Positions 33,741-45,816 of a stretch of 64,000 bases of DNA are shown here, one piece after another; positions within the stretch are counted from its first letter, which is position 1; each line of letters starts with the position of its first letter. The stretch is from assembly GCA_964019425.1 (NCBI GenBank), contig OZ025794.1, positions 496,001 to 560,000 on the forward strand, in the 5' to 3' direction. Position numbers and translations under genes: made by a program. The stretch is from Flectonema sp. DT1601 (lineage: Eukaryota). The notes under the pieces are model-generated. The model was not told the DNA's origin and did not search any database. It saw nothing but the letters and a program-made list of their open reading frames with translations.

Positions 33741-35100
33741 TATATCAGTCATTCCTTTTTTTTGCGACCAAATTCTGGACACTGAAATTTTTTTTCAAAA
33801 AGAAATGGTAAAAGTTTCGATCGAAGCGGCATTTTAATGCGCTGCATCGTTGGGTTCATTTCCGTCCGAAATCGGGAGGTTGGCATCACATACTTGTCAC
33901 CCAAATTGAGAAAAGAGATTTTGTGGTTTACTAAATCAGCTCAGCCGTGGACAAGTACCAAAACTAAAAATTAATCGAAGGGTGTAATTTTACACTGCTG
34001 GCCCAGCGGGATCCAGAAAAAATAATCGAGCAAAAATATATTAAAGAGTACTAAGCATGTGTCGGTGAGGCAGATTGTTACTACCAGTCTTTTTGGACCT
34101 ACTTTGATACTTAATGAAAACACTTGTACAACACTTTCTTTATATGAAGTCGCAACTTATGATGAATTATGAGATAATGAAAAGTCTGAGTGTGATTGCA
34201 GGTTTGCTGCTTAACCCTTTTTATTACTGGTGTTGATGGAGGGTCCCTCTTGCACTTTGCGGCATTTCGCAAGTGCGAATAACACGTAGTGCAAATACAG
34301 TTTTCAGGGAGCTTCCTGTAGCATGCGAGATGCCACCTACAGTGGCAACGAGTTGAGCCTGGTAGTTGAGCTTGGTATCCTACAAATATTCCGTGGTCTC
34401 AATGAAATGAAATATGAGTAGGATACCTCACTGCGATATTTGCAGTACTCACTCCAAGCATGTTGATACGGGTGTCTGCACCACCTCCTAAAGACTTTAA
34501 TTCTTTCCCCGTCTCTTATTATCCAGCGTTCTTTGCATGACTCGTCTGGTTCTGATGCCTCGGACATCCACCATTCGGTGATATCCTGAGTGAGGCTCTG
34601 GTTTCCTGATTTACACGTTGGTGATGGTGACACGTGACTCGGAAGCAACATTCTCAGCACGTCGAACCAATGTTTTGACAACTACTTCAGGGAAGCTTCC
34701 AACAAGTGGGCCATTATCACCACCACAGATGCAACATTTTCCTTACATAATTGCTACTAGGGTTGATTAGTTAGCAAAAAAGTGCATATCTCTTGAGTGC
34801 GGGAAAAAAAAAAAATAGTAAAAAAAAAATATTAGGGGTGTTTTTTACTCAGATTTTCTCGATCTTTCCATTCCAGGTCCATCATTGAGTAGTACCAAGG
34901 AAATCTTGTAAAGAGACGTTTATCTCTTTTTAGCAGCACTTACCATGTTTAAAAGTATATCCCTATGCCTAATTTTACAGATCGCACCCTCCCCGATTCC
35001 AAAAAATAAAAAATCGAGCAAAAGTAACATATCGTGTAACCTTGCTCAGGCGGTGAGAAAATGGTGTTTTTTGGTCGCAAAAAAAAGGAATATTGATATA
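33741..35100 (-). mobile_element. Decayed DNA-transposon-like element with ~30-bp terminal inverted repeats
   Basis: Left TATATCAGTCATTCC(T8)GCGACCAAA; reverse complement of right end TATATCAATATTCC(T8)GCGACCAAA; TA-rich ends; broken Cys/Trp-rich minus-strand ORF inside. Confidence 0.65.
34111..34681 (-). pseudogene. Interrupted minus-strand ORF fragment, possibly transposon-derived
   Basis: ...SYSYFISLRPRNICR continues in a shifted frame as RKLPENCICTTCYSH...; no ATG start. Confidence 0.4.
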
Positions 35101-36391
35101 TAGTCTATCCTTTGCTGCTTGAGAGCAGTGAACAAAAATTTATACCTCTTATGTTGTTTTCACATTCGAAAGGACTGGGGGACCAGTACAAAAATTTCGA
35201 AACACAGGAATTCTTTTTTTTTAAATTTTTAATTTTTAATTTTCCTTCCCTTCTTCGTTATAATTTCTCTTCCCTTTAACCCAGGTATCAAAGTGACCCC
35301 CTATTTTTTTTTTTTTTTATTGATTTATTTTTTTAAAATTCTTTTTTTTCATACACTCCTTATTAATCATGAATCCCTTTTGCACGGCCCAGCCGAGAAA
35401 TCTGCACAATAACTATTACCTTGTTAGTAGTTGGTTATTTATATGTAAACAGCCTACAAGTGAGAAATATTGTGTGATAAGGTGACTGGGCAATATAACA
35501 CCATTGATGATACGTTTTAGGCAGAGCAGAAAATCGCGTAAGCAATTTTCTGTTTTAGCTGTTCTCTTTCCTTGTTTTCCCAATATTTCGAAAGCAATTA
35601 TGCGCGTCGCATAATAAACACAGACTCGCCAATCGCGTACTGCAACATAGGTGTTTCTCTCTCTCTATTTCAATCTTCCCTTTGAGAGGCGTGTTTTAAA
35701 TAATATTTTGAGACGTAATGATGAATCGTGATAGAGGCGAAGCAAACAAGGTTTTATTTTTGATATTCGTAAACCCCAGTAGATTTTGTCGTGGCTGTCA
35801 TTTGGTAGCCAATGAGACTATTGTCCCGGTTAGCTCAGCAGTCAGGGCAGGCTTTTCCCATCGCTCCACTTTTTCAGTTTTCTTTTCTTTCCTTTTTTTT
35901 ATTTTCTCGACCATTTATAAAAATAAACTCAAAAAAAAAAAGAAAAGATTAATCGTCTTATTAATACACATTATGGTTGGGGCTATAGAACTTTCCTTAT
36001 TAGCAATGTATGGGTCTTTGTGACTGTTTACTGCCGATTGGCATGTTACCTCTCAACATCCTACCTCTACCGTAATGCTATTCTATTCCGCAACGACTTT
36101 TTTTCGTTAGTAAGAGAAAAATGAGAAGTCTTGACTCTCGTACCAACAGAAGCCAGGTCCTCATATAGTCATTTGCAAAATTTGGGCAATCAAGGCTGCA
36201 TGCTGTGCTCGTATTTTTTTTATCCTCCCTTATTAAAAGAACTTGGATCTTGATGGAAAAGTGATTCCTAAGTTTCTACATCTGTGTACCGATTAACACT
36301 ATTCCTTTCTCAGATAGTAAGCACCGAAGACAATGCGTGTACGCGTGATAGTTGAATTACGTATATTCTCTTTCAAAGTTACGCAACACAA

Positions 36392-37357
36392 ATGAAGCGT
36401 TTCTGTGCTATTGCTGCAGTGGGACTTGCTGTAAGTGTGGGAGCAAATGACCCTTGTTGGAAACCTACTGGGCCGCACGTACCAGTTTGTCCATGTGTAT
36501 GTGACAAGGGTGATGACGGTGCAGTTGGTCCTCAAGGTCCACCAGGTGGTCAAGGTGATGAAGGTCCAAAAGGTATTGAGGGATTAGGAGCAGATGGAGA
36601 GCAGGGTCCACCGGGACAGCAAGGGCCACAAGGAATACTTGGACCAGAGGGACCAAAGGGTAACACGGGAGCGCAAGGTCAAGAGGGAGCTCAGGGACCC
36701 GACGGTCCGAAAGGAATGCCAGGTGGCAAGGGACAAAATGGATTACCTGGGGTGGATGGAGACAAAGGACCGGATGGTCCCCAGGGAATTCCGGGTGCCC
36801 GCGGTATAGATGGAAGCGACGGACTCATCGGAGACCAGGGGGATCAGGGATTACCTGGACTAATAGGTGATGATGGACCACCTGGCGATGTGGGTCCTAC
36901 AGGACCTATTGGGAATGATGGGCCTGCTGGAACACCTCCTGTTGCAAAGGGAGGTTCACAAGCTTTCTCAAACATGCAGCCTTCCCTTGCTATTAATTTC
37001 ATTATAGCGTTACAAGGAACTCTTCCATCAACCACCGCAAGGGGCGTGGAAACTCAGGGCTCGGAACCCTACATTGGAGAGATACGCATGTTTGCAGGAA
37101 ACTTTGCTCCGAGGGGCTGGATGTTCTGCGATGGGCAGTTGCTAGCAATTTCAAATCACGGATCATTATTTTCAATCATCGGTGGGGTTTACGGTGGTGA
37201 TTTCCAAACCACATTTGCTCTTCCAGACTTTCGCGGACGCGCCGCTATGCATGCAGGTCTTAATGGTATTGGTGTAACTCCTAGATCTCGTGGTAATGTA
37301 GGTGGTACTGAAACGGTGACGTTGGATGTGGATAACTTGCCAAATCACGATCACTAA
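36392..37357 (+). CDS. Secreted collagen fused to a circularly permuted tail-collar domain, chain B
   Basis: Same architecture: GGSQAFSNMQPSLAINFIIALQGTLPS followed by EPYIGEIRMFAGNFAPRGWMFCDGQLL..FALPDFRGR..LPNHDH. Confidence 0.9.
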   Translation: MKRFCAIAAVGLAVSVGANDPCWKPTGPHVPVCPCVCDKGDDGAVGPQGPPGGQGDEGPKGIEGLGADGEQGPPGQQGPQGILGPEGPKGNTGAQGQEGAQGPDGPKGMPGGKGQNGLPGVDGDKGPDGPQGIPGARGIDGSDGLIGDQGDQGLPGLIGDDGPPGDVGPTGPIGNDGPAGTPPVAKGGSQAFSNMQPSLAINFIIALQGTLPSTTARGVETQGSEPYIGEIRMFAGNFAPRGWMFCDGQLLAISNHGSLFSIIGGVYGGDFQTTFALPDFRGRAAMHAGLNGIGVTPRSRGNVGGTETVTLDVDNLPNHDH

Positions 37358-37537
37358 GTTTAATTTGCTCTGGAGTTTTTTGCCACTCTTACGTATAACA
37401 TGAAAAAAAGTCAGAAGGTTACTCGTATTACTTGGTCTCTTTTTTCCCCCCCTCCTTGGCGCATCCAACCTAACAAGTGTGCTTCTATAAACGTGACCTC
37501 TTCACCTTGGTTAGCTCGTTCCGAGCTCATGCCGACC

Positions 37538-37579
37538 TACCTCGTTTCCTCACGAAAGTACCTCGTTTCCTCACGAAAG
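37538..37579. repeat. Perfect 21-bp tandem duplication (TACCTCGTTTCCTCACGAAAG x2)
   Basis: Direct reading of the sequence. Confidence 0.9.
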
Positions 37580-39276
37580 TAGGGAATTTTTTTTTTTTGA
37601 ATTTTTATTTTAGTAATTTAGAATTTTACAAAAAAAAATAAAAAAAAATAAAAAGAACTCTATAATTACTGATAAAGTAATTGATATTACAGCCTGCGTC
37701 CATTAATTTTTTTTTTTCTTTCTCTCGCCCCTGACATCAGGGCGGGGGGTTTTCTAAAAAAAGATATCTCGCTCATCTCAAGAGCTCAGTAGACACGTTT
37801 GGATAGTGGAGAAAAAAGAAAAAAAGAAGGAAAAAAAAAACGGGATTGAAAGACATAAATCTGTAGTACTTCACATTTAGTTTCAATTCGAGCTCCAATC
37901 GGCACTACATGTGCTGATACTAAGTTGTTGATTTTTGTTTTCTCTTCCTCTCCTCCTTTCCCCGTTTTATTTAATACTGTAGAAGGTTGCTTCGAGTCAC
38001 CGCTTGTATTCCAACGCAATGTTTTCGATTTTTATTGCTATTCAGCGGGTTGAAACATCACACGGTGGAAAGTGTGTTTTCACTCTCATTCTGCTACAGT
38101 CGATTACAGCCTGTAACTTTGCTCATTGGTGCACTCGCAAAAACCGTTTTTTTTGCATCATTCCTTTAAAAAAAAAAAAAAAAAATCCACTGATACAATT
38201 CATATTTAAATCATAAAATAAAATAAAATAATCTTTTCCCACTAAAATCTTTCCCCGTTCTTTTTTAACCCCTTCCTTTTCTTTTTATTAAAACAATAAG
38301 TAACTAAATTGTTACCGTTGAAATGCAGGTTAGCACCGTAGATTGCATACAAATACAGGCCTGTAATTGTATGTATCGGTGTCTTAGATAATGGCATAAA
38401 CCTGTAAGAAGAAGAAGAAGAAGGAAAAAAAAAAAAAAAAAAAAAGCTGTTGCTTTGCGATCAAAAGTTTTTTTTAAAAGAAACAAATGAGGTAAAGCAA
38501 GTGCAACACCACTCCCTTGAATCACGGCCCTATTAGCTGGCGCCTAGTCATTAATTCCTCCCGAATCCCTTCGTTTGAAGAACTGAGCCTCTTACAGTAG
38601 GTGAAGTACCAATTCAGCGTTATGTTTATTTTAATATATCATTAGTATTATTATTAATTTTTTCACCCCCGTTTTCATTTTTTTTTTTCCTCTTTTTTTT
38701 TCGCAGTGCTATCTCGATAACGTCCGGTGTTTGCTTTTCGGCTGCAAAACATTTTAATGATTTTTTAGTTTTCTGCGTTGCTCAGGGCGAATTCGAGTTT
38801 TTTTTTTTCTTCGAGACTTAGAATGGGATATAATCTGGTGTCTCATATGGTCCAAAAAAGTAAGTTCTTTTTAGGTGAAGGCAGCTAGTAGTGTTTTACG
38901 AGAAAGGTTCATACAACCTTCTGCGTCAACTTCTAACTGACAGTTGGCACGGAAACCTAGGCGGTGACAGAATTTAGACGAGACTAGAACTCAACTAGCA
39001 GCTTAAGCGGATCTGAGAAAGCCTTTCCCTCCACCAAGACCCCAATTAAATTCTTCGTTTTGAAAAAGCAAGTAACGCTGCACTTTTTGTTTTTTTATTT
39101 CTGCTTTTAGTTTGCAAAATATAAGGATTATTTTTAAGGCACAGGTTTATGTATTGGTCAGTGAGAGAGTAGCCAAAATATCAGTAGTTGTATACAGACT
39201 ATTCTTATGATGTTGTTGAGGTGGTTGTTGTTCATTAAATTCTTATAAATTCAGATATTATCGGGAAATAAAAAAA

Positions 39277-40239
39277 ATGAGGCAACTCTGCGCACTTGCG
39301 GCGATGGGTCTAGCTGTTTCTGTGGGTGCTGATCCGACATTATGTTGGAAGCCAACCGGACCGAGCTATCCTCTTTGTAAGTGCAACTGCGAGCCTGGTG
39401 ATGTGGGACAACAAGGTCCTCAGGGATTGCAAGGAGGTGAGGGACCTCAAGGAGTTAATGGTGATTCTGTTAAGGGACCAACTGGACCTCCAGGACCACA
39501 GGGCCCGGATGGAATTGAGGGACAGCAAGGACCGCAGGGACCTGATGGAGATCAAGGTTCACCAGGACCTGCAGGTGCTGATGGTGATCGGGGAAAGATG
39601 GGAAAGGATGGTCCGGATGGTGACGATGGTCCGGATGGATCCCAAGGTCCCGTGGGAGACATGGGACCAGTCGGAAATGATGGAGCAGACGGTCAACAAG
39701 GCCTCGATGGAGCAGAGGGACCTGCGGGAGGAGTTGGTCCAAAAGGACAAATTGGAAACGCTGGAAGTACCGGCTCAGTAGGTCCGCAAGGAGCAACAGG
39801 AAATCCAGGACCATCTGGCATCGTGGCAGAGGGTCGCAGTACTCCTTTCAATAATGTGCAGCCATTCGGTGTCGTTAATTACATCATCGCTATTTCTGGA
39901 ACATTCCCTTCACGAAATGAAAGAGAAGCATCTACGTTAGGATTGTCTGAGATCCTTGGAGATATTTCGATGTTTGCTGGGACGTTTGCTCCAGCTAATT
40001 ATGCTTTTTGTGATGGTCAACTACTTCCAATAAATAACAACCAGGGTTTGTTTTCTTTACTCGGTACAACTTATGGAGGCAATGGACGTACTACTTTCGG
40101 TCTTCCTGACCTTCGCAGTCGTGTTCCTATCCACCGCGGGCAAGGTGCTGGATTGACTAACAGAAGGTTGGGATCATTCGGTGGTGAAGAGACACACACC
40201 CTTGAAATAAATGAGATGCCAAGACATGACCACTTTTAG
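39277..40239 (+). CDS. Secreted collagen fused to a circularly permuted tail-collar domain, chain C
   Basis: Same architecture: PFNNVQPFGVVNYIIAISGTFPSRN followed by ILGDISMFAGTFAP..FCDGQLL..GTTYGGNGRTTFGLPDLRSR..MPRHDH. Confidence 0.9.
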   Translation: MRQLCALAAMGLAVSVGADPTLCWKPTGPSYPLCKCNCEPGDVGQQGPQGLQGGEGPQGVNGDSVKGPTGPPGPQGPDGIEGQQGPQGPDGDQGSPGPAGADGDRGKMGKDGPDGDDGPDGSQGPVGDMGPVGNDGADGQQGLDGAEGPAGGVGPKGQIGNAGSTGSVGPQGATGNPGPSGIVAEGRSTPFNNVQPFGVVNYIIAISGTFPSRNEREASTLGLSEILGDISMFAGTFAPANYAFCDGQLLPINNNQGLFSLLGTTYGGNGRTTFGLPDLRSRVPIHRGQGAGLTNRRLGSFGGEETHTLEINEMPRHDHF

Positions 40240-40694
40240 AGTACACATATTCATTTAGTAGGTGTGTTTGCAGGTGAGTAGTAACAAACAACGTAATTTT
40301 CTCGTTTCTTTGTTTCTTTTTATTTTCCCTCCTCCTCTTTTTTTTTTTTTTTTTTTTTTTGGATAATTATCTCTAAAATAAACTAACCCGGAAGAATGTT
40401 ATCAATCTGATATCGGTTTCATATGCTAGAGTTGAGGTTATGCCTTGTTATATATGAACCTGATTGTGTTTTTACCTCCCTTAAACAAGTGATGTTTTAA
40501 AAAGCTGAACTATTTCCCCCCTTTGTTTTCTTCTATTGTTTGCCTTGGGAATAAAATTAATCGTATCTATAACTCCTCAACACATTTTCCCCTTTATATA
40601 CAAGTCAAACAGCTTCTTTTGTTTGTTAAGAAAGACTGATGGCGACATAATTCGCGTTCACGCAGGGAAACAAACAAAATTGAAAAAAAAAAAA

Positions 40695-40727
<33 letters not shown>

Positions 40728-41499
40728 GACAGGGTAAAAACGTATTGTAAGGAAAATTTGATACGAAAAAATAATTATTAGATTATGTCTATCAAAGAAC
40801 AAAAACTTACGACCCAATTATTTATAAGTTTGTTCAACCCCCTGAAACGTGTTCGGGGGTTTGACTCCACCTAAAAGTAGAAAAATTACCTCCCTATTTT
40901 CCCCTATTTTTTAAGGCACTTCAAGCCATGAGTAGGCTGAGCATGGTTAGTCGAATATCAGCCTTTTTTTTTTTTTTAATATAGGTTTTTTTTTAATTTT
41001 TTTTTAATTTTTATAAATTTTTTATTTTAAGAAATGTGTAGATGTTAGTTTACCCCCTGAAACAGTCGTCGAGTAATTGACGACGAATTCACACGGGTAA
41101 AATGAGCTTTTAATTCGTTGGTATTAAAGTCACATAGTTGGCAAATTCTCTCCTTGTTACGCAACCTCTATTAGCTCGTTGAACTGACAAAATGATAGAA
41201 GAAATAATATCCGATCACAAAAAAAAAAAAAAAAAAAAAAATTCCAGGCAGCACTCAGCCGATGCTGTGTCTGCTATTATAATTACAAGGATACAAGTTT
41301 CTCTCGTTCCCCCGTTTTTTTTATTATTAAAAATTTCTTTGAAAGTGCTGATGGATTGTTGGCGCTTCGAAAACCTGTCAATGCCCCCTTCTTAATCGTT
41401 TCACTGGTATTCTTTGTAGCTCGTCATACAAATAAAACCTATTCCCCCGATACAAGTTACTAATTAATAAATATTAACATAGTCATACCATAATATCCA

Positions 41500-41539
<40 letters not shown>

Positions 41540-41646
41540 AAAAACAAAAACAAAAACAAAAAACGATTGCAATTTCCCATTTAATTGTTTACAGTACTTC
41601 ACTTCGATGTATTATTTTCTTTATCAGTGAAACTACTGTTAGAATT

Positions 41647-43164
41647 ATGATGAAGGCAGCGACGGCAATTTTGCTGTCCCTGTGTATGATCACAGAAGGT
41701 GTAATTCATGGTGGAAAAGTTGACTTAACATGGACTGAGAAGAAGAATGATTGGGGTAAGCTGGGTGTTTTTGGTTATGGTGAACAAGGCGGGTGTAAAG
41801 TAAAAGTTAAAAGACAAGAAGACAGCGGTGATTTAGTAATTCACAAAAAGGGATCAACCGACGGTATTGGTTTTATGTTTAAAAAGATGGCAACAACAGA
41901 AGACCCAAAAGCGGACGGTCTCCTCGCTAAAATATGCACAGGAGGAGAACTAAACTACAACGAGAAGATGCTATCACTTGAACCAGTAACTGACGACCCT
42001 GACTGGGACTACTCAGGTATTGCAACCTTCACTGAAGATCCGGGTTTTTGGTGGCTTCTTATCTACGAATGTGATTCAAGTTTGAATGCAACTGCGAATG
42101 CAACAATTAGAGAAGCGCATACATTAGATGGTGGAGATGACAATAAAGATAACAAAGACAATAAAGACAACAAAGACAATAAAGACAACAAAGACAATAA
42201 AGACAATAAAGACAACAAAGACAATAAAGACAACAACGACAACAAAGACAATAAAGACAACAAAGACAATAAAGACAACAACGACAACAAAGACAATAAA
42301 GGAAACAAAGAAAACAAAGCAGATGATACTAAAGAAGACAACACAGCAGCTCCAGTACCTACTGGAGCAGCACCAGTACCTACTGGTTCTCCCCCAAAGG
42401 ATAATCGACCTGTAAGAATTAAGATAAAATATTCTGAATACAATATGGATGGAGGAGTTAAGAATTATCTTCAAGTCGGAGACAATCAACTTCCGCTGAT
42501 ATTCTTAGTATTCGCACTGTTACATACTGCAGCAGCTGTGAAGTGGGGAATGTGGATGAAAGAAAACAAAGAACACGTCAGTAAGATCCATTTCCTTATG
42601 GGATTCTTCTTACTGCTGAAGGCAGGGTCACTCTTCTTTGAGTTTCTGAGATATCACTACTACAAAGATCACGGTAGCGAAGCTTCTTTTTATGATGTGA
42701 TGTACTATTGTTTCCTGGCAATGAAGGCGACAATCTTATTTACTGTCATCGTGTTAATTAGTTCTGGTTGGTCAATTCTCAAACCCCACCTCCAAACTAG
42801 AGATCGAAACATTCTCTTAGCGATTATCCCCTTACAGATATTAAACAACATTCTTGGGGTTTACGTAGATCATAAGAAGGAATATGATAGCAGTTGGAGA
42901 GAAGGTGAGGTATGGATCTTAAATTTAAGCGATTTTTCTAAATTTTTTTTAAATTTTTTTTTCAAAAAATAACTTAACAACAGGATATCGTCAAATTGGT
43001 AAATCTAATTTCATGTGTGTTGGTTGTGTTCCCAATCGCGTGGAGTATGAAAAATCTCAAAAACGCTGAAGCAGGAGGAGCTGTTGCTAAGAACTGGGTG
43101 CGCATGAAGCAGGTTTGCATTGTTTTTTTATTCACTTCCAAAAAAAAAAAAAAAAGTTTCTAAG

Positions 43165-43196
<32 letters not shown>

Positions 43197-43577
43197 CAGT
43201 TTCGTACTCTATACGCTGCAATGGTCATCTACATATATTTCAAAATTATAATCTGTGAGATGTTCGCCGCCACTATTGTTTCTTACAAACACACTTGGGT
43301 GCCTCCATTGTTGGGTGAGGCAAGTACTATCATGTGTTTTGTCTACGTTGGACTTCGCTTCAGGCCAATGAAAGACAACCCATACAACAATCTTGAGGAG
43401 GAGGACTACGAAGAAATGGGCGTCGTCCTTGAGCACGAAGTTTTAGACTCTCTAAAAAGACAGAAAGAAGATGGTGAAGCTGAGGTAGTAGCCTCTTCAG
43501 TGGTTGAAAAGAAAGATCGAAATGACAAGAAGGAAGGTGCAGTAGCAGTAAAAAGAGTTCAGGAATCAGACTTGTAG
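41647..43577 (+). CDS. GPR107/GPR108 (lung seven-transmembrane, GOST family) protein; exons 41647-42909, 42984-43112, 43200-43577
   Basis: Signal peptide, NYLQVGD..LP, KIHFLM, LFTVIVLISSGWSILKPHL, spliced FPIAWSMKNL..KQFRTLY..VIYIYF, FRPMKDNPY. Confidence 0.88.
42139..42300 (+). repeat. 9-bp coding repeat (GACAAYAAA, Asp-Asn-Lys) x18 in the lumenal domain
   Basis: Direct reading of the sequence. Confidence 0.95.
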
Positions 43578-44248
43578 TTTCATAACCACATGTACAAGGA
43601 GATAAGCTAATTCTAAAGCTTTGACCTATTTATTTAGTTTAGGGTGTTTAGGCACTGGAAAAGTATAAAGACTTTTTTGAGACAAAATATCACTTTCCTA
43701 TCCTGCCATTTCTAACTTCGAGGTAAGTGATTTTTTAAAGATGTATTTCAGCTAGCTTAATTTTTTTTTTTTTATATTATTATTTTATGTTCTGGCCATT
43801 CGAAGACTTTCTTTTTTTTGATGAGTAGCAAGCTAAGCTTTTGTGTAGAATAACCAAACCTCTTCTTAAGTACTATGTTCTGTTGGTTGTAGAAATATCT
43901 TGAAGAAGTTGGGTTTTTTTTTTGCTTTTTTGTCTTAAAGTTAGACGTAACAGAAAAATGAGACTTACTCATAGTTACTACTAATAAAGAAAAGGAAAAA
44001 ATAAATTAGAGGAGAAAATAGAAGTGGGGACAAAAAAAAAAAAAAAAAAAAGACTAATCCTCACAAGTGTGTCCTTAGTAACTGAAATCCGTGAGAGGAA
44101 CTTTCAATTAGCAAACTACTACATCCTGAGCTGAGCCCACCTCTACATCTATTTAAGTGAGGGTCTTTGAGGGATGTTTTTATTGTATGTGAAAAAAAAA
44201 AAGGAGCATAATTATTTTCTCAGAAAGCGTGACGGGTAGCACAGCAAG

Positions 44249-45088
44249 ATGTTGAGACGCACGGCGTCAATTCTCGCGGGGCATGAAGAAAAGCTGCTTG
44301 CGCAGTACACTTCGAAGTTTGTGTGGACACCAGAAATCCGTATGCTCGATAAGGATGAAAAGCTGCCTGAGATTCCGATGGAGCAGGTTATCAACCACAA
44401 CTTCTTTTCAATAGCGGGTCACTCAGAAGGGTATGCTTTGGCTTACAATTTCTTTTATCTTCTTTTACCATTATTAAAATAATAAACAAACAGAGCTATA
44501 TGGCCTCCAATGGATCCGATGAACCCAACTAAAGAACAAAGACGTGTTGCTAACACCGTCCAATACAGAATGCCAGATAGGTTTACTAGTCCTCATCATA
44601 TGGGATTTAGAACTATTCCTCCAGAGTTAATCGATTGGAGGACAACTCAATATGGAGACTTTTTGCAGGAGCTTCCAACACTTAATGAGAAAACAACTTA
44701 TTCGTTTCCCGACTACACTCTCGCTGGTTTATTGTACACAGCATCTGAGACTAAAGCTCTCTCAGATAGTGTCCCACAAACTGTTGAGGAAACTCCATTT
44801 GGAAGATTAGAAAGTCCTAAGCACGCTGCGTGGAACAAATTTAACGGTGCGGCAGCTCTTAAGAATCTTAGAACAACACCAACCCACTGGTTACTTATAT
44901 TTATATGGGTTTTCATATCATACAAGATTACACAAGTGTTCTTTAGGCAGTACGAGGCCGCTATGAGACAACAACGTATATGGTGGGATGGTGCGAATGC
45001 TGGGACTTGGAAGTATGCTGGTACCCGTACGCAATACTGGGGACAGGCATTGTCTGGTGGTTGGGTCATTCCAGTGTTGGAGTGGTAA
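44249..45088 (+). CDS. Putative mitochondrial single-TM protein; exons 44249-44430, 44494-45088 (258 aa)
   Basis: MLRR presequence; phase-2 GTATG..CAG intron joins the two track ORFs; one hydrophobic segment (WLLIFIWVFISY). Confidence 0.75.
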
Positions 45089-45816
45089 TCTCAATACTTT
45101 GTTACCATTATTCAATCTTCAGGTAGAAATTAAGTTCATGACCCCCCCAATGTAATAAAAAAAAAAAAAGTTTTAGTGACAAGAGTTGAGACCAAGCGCA
45201 GCGATCTCACGTTTGGGATCCTTCACGTTTGTTTTCCCCTCTTTTTCCCCCCTTTTCTTTTTACATATTTTACGACTACCACGGTTAGCTGTTAGGCCTA
45301 GGGTCTGTGTTTTCTCCAGCTCTGATTCCTGGCTCATTTCTAAAAAGAAATATTCTCGTCAAGCAAGCTAAGATACCTAAATTACTATGGCGCTTGTACA
45401 TCGCAATGCCATAAGTGCTACAAGGTATACGGTCCTGAGTGAAAAAGCATAGAACAGCCCTTTTTTTTGTTTGGCAAACTTTGCAATCTTTTGGGAAGAC
45501 TTGCAAAGAAACGGAAAAAAAAAAAAAAAAAAAAAAACTTTTTTTTCAGTGTAACTCACGCAGTAAAATAAGCTCTGCTTTTTACTGTTTTATTTCTGTA
45601 GTGTGTAGGTTCGTTTTTCTTGTTGTCTTATTAAAGGAGGTTCATTCTCCAATTAGTGTATTGGTATAAGGATCAGCTCAACTGTGATCTGTTTGATGGT
45701 TTCGTAACCTTTATTTTCTATCAAAAACAAACAAAATATAATGACGAGGCTTTTGAATTAATTATGATAGAAATGATTCGTACACAACTAAATAACATTT
45801 CCCAACAAATAGAACT

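Noticed and set aside
32569..40239. Prophage or bacterial contaminant suggested by the tail-collar domains
   Set aside because: No other phage or bacterial genes; kb-long homopolymer-rich spacers, eukaryotic signal peptides and flanking intron-containing genes
42063..42489. Minus-strand and alternative-frame ORFs (LLSLLS..., VFIVFV..., TTKTIK...)
   Set aside because: Shadows of the 9-bp DNK repeat; the same applies to antisense ORFs over the collagens and the COG8 tail
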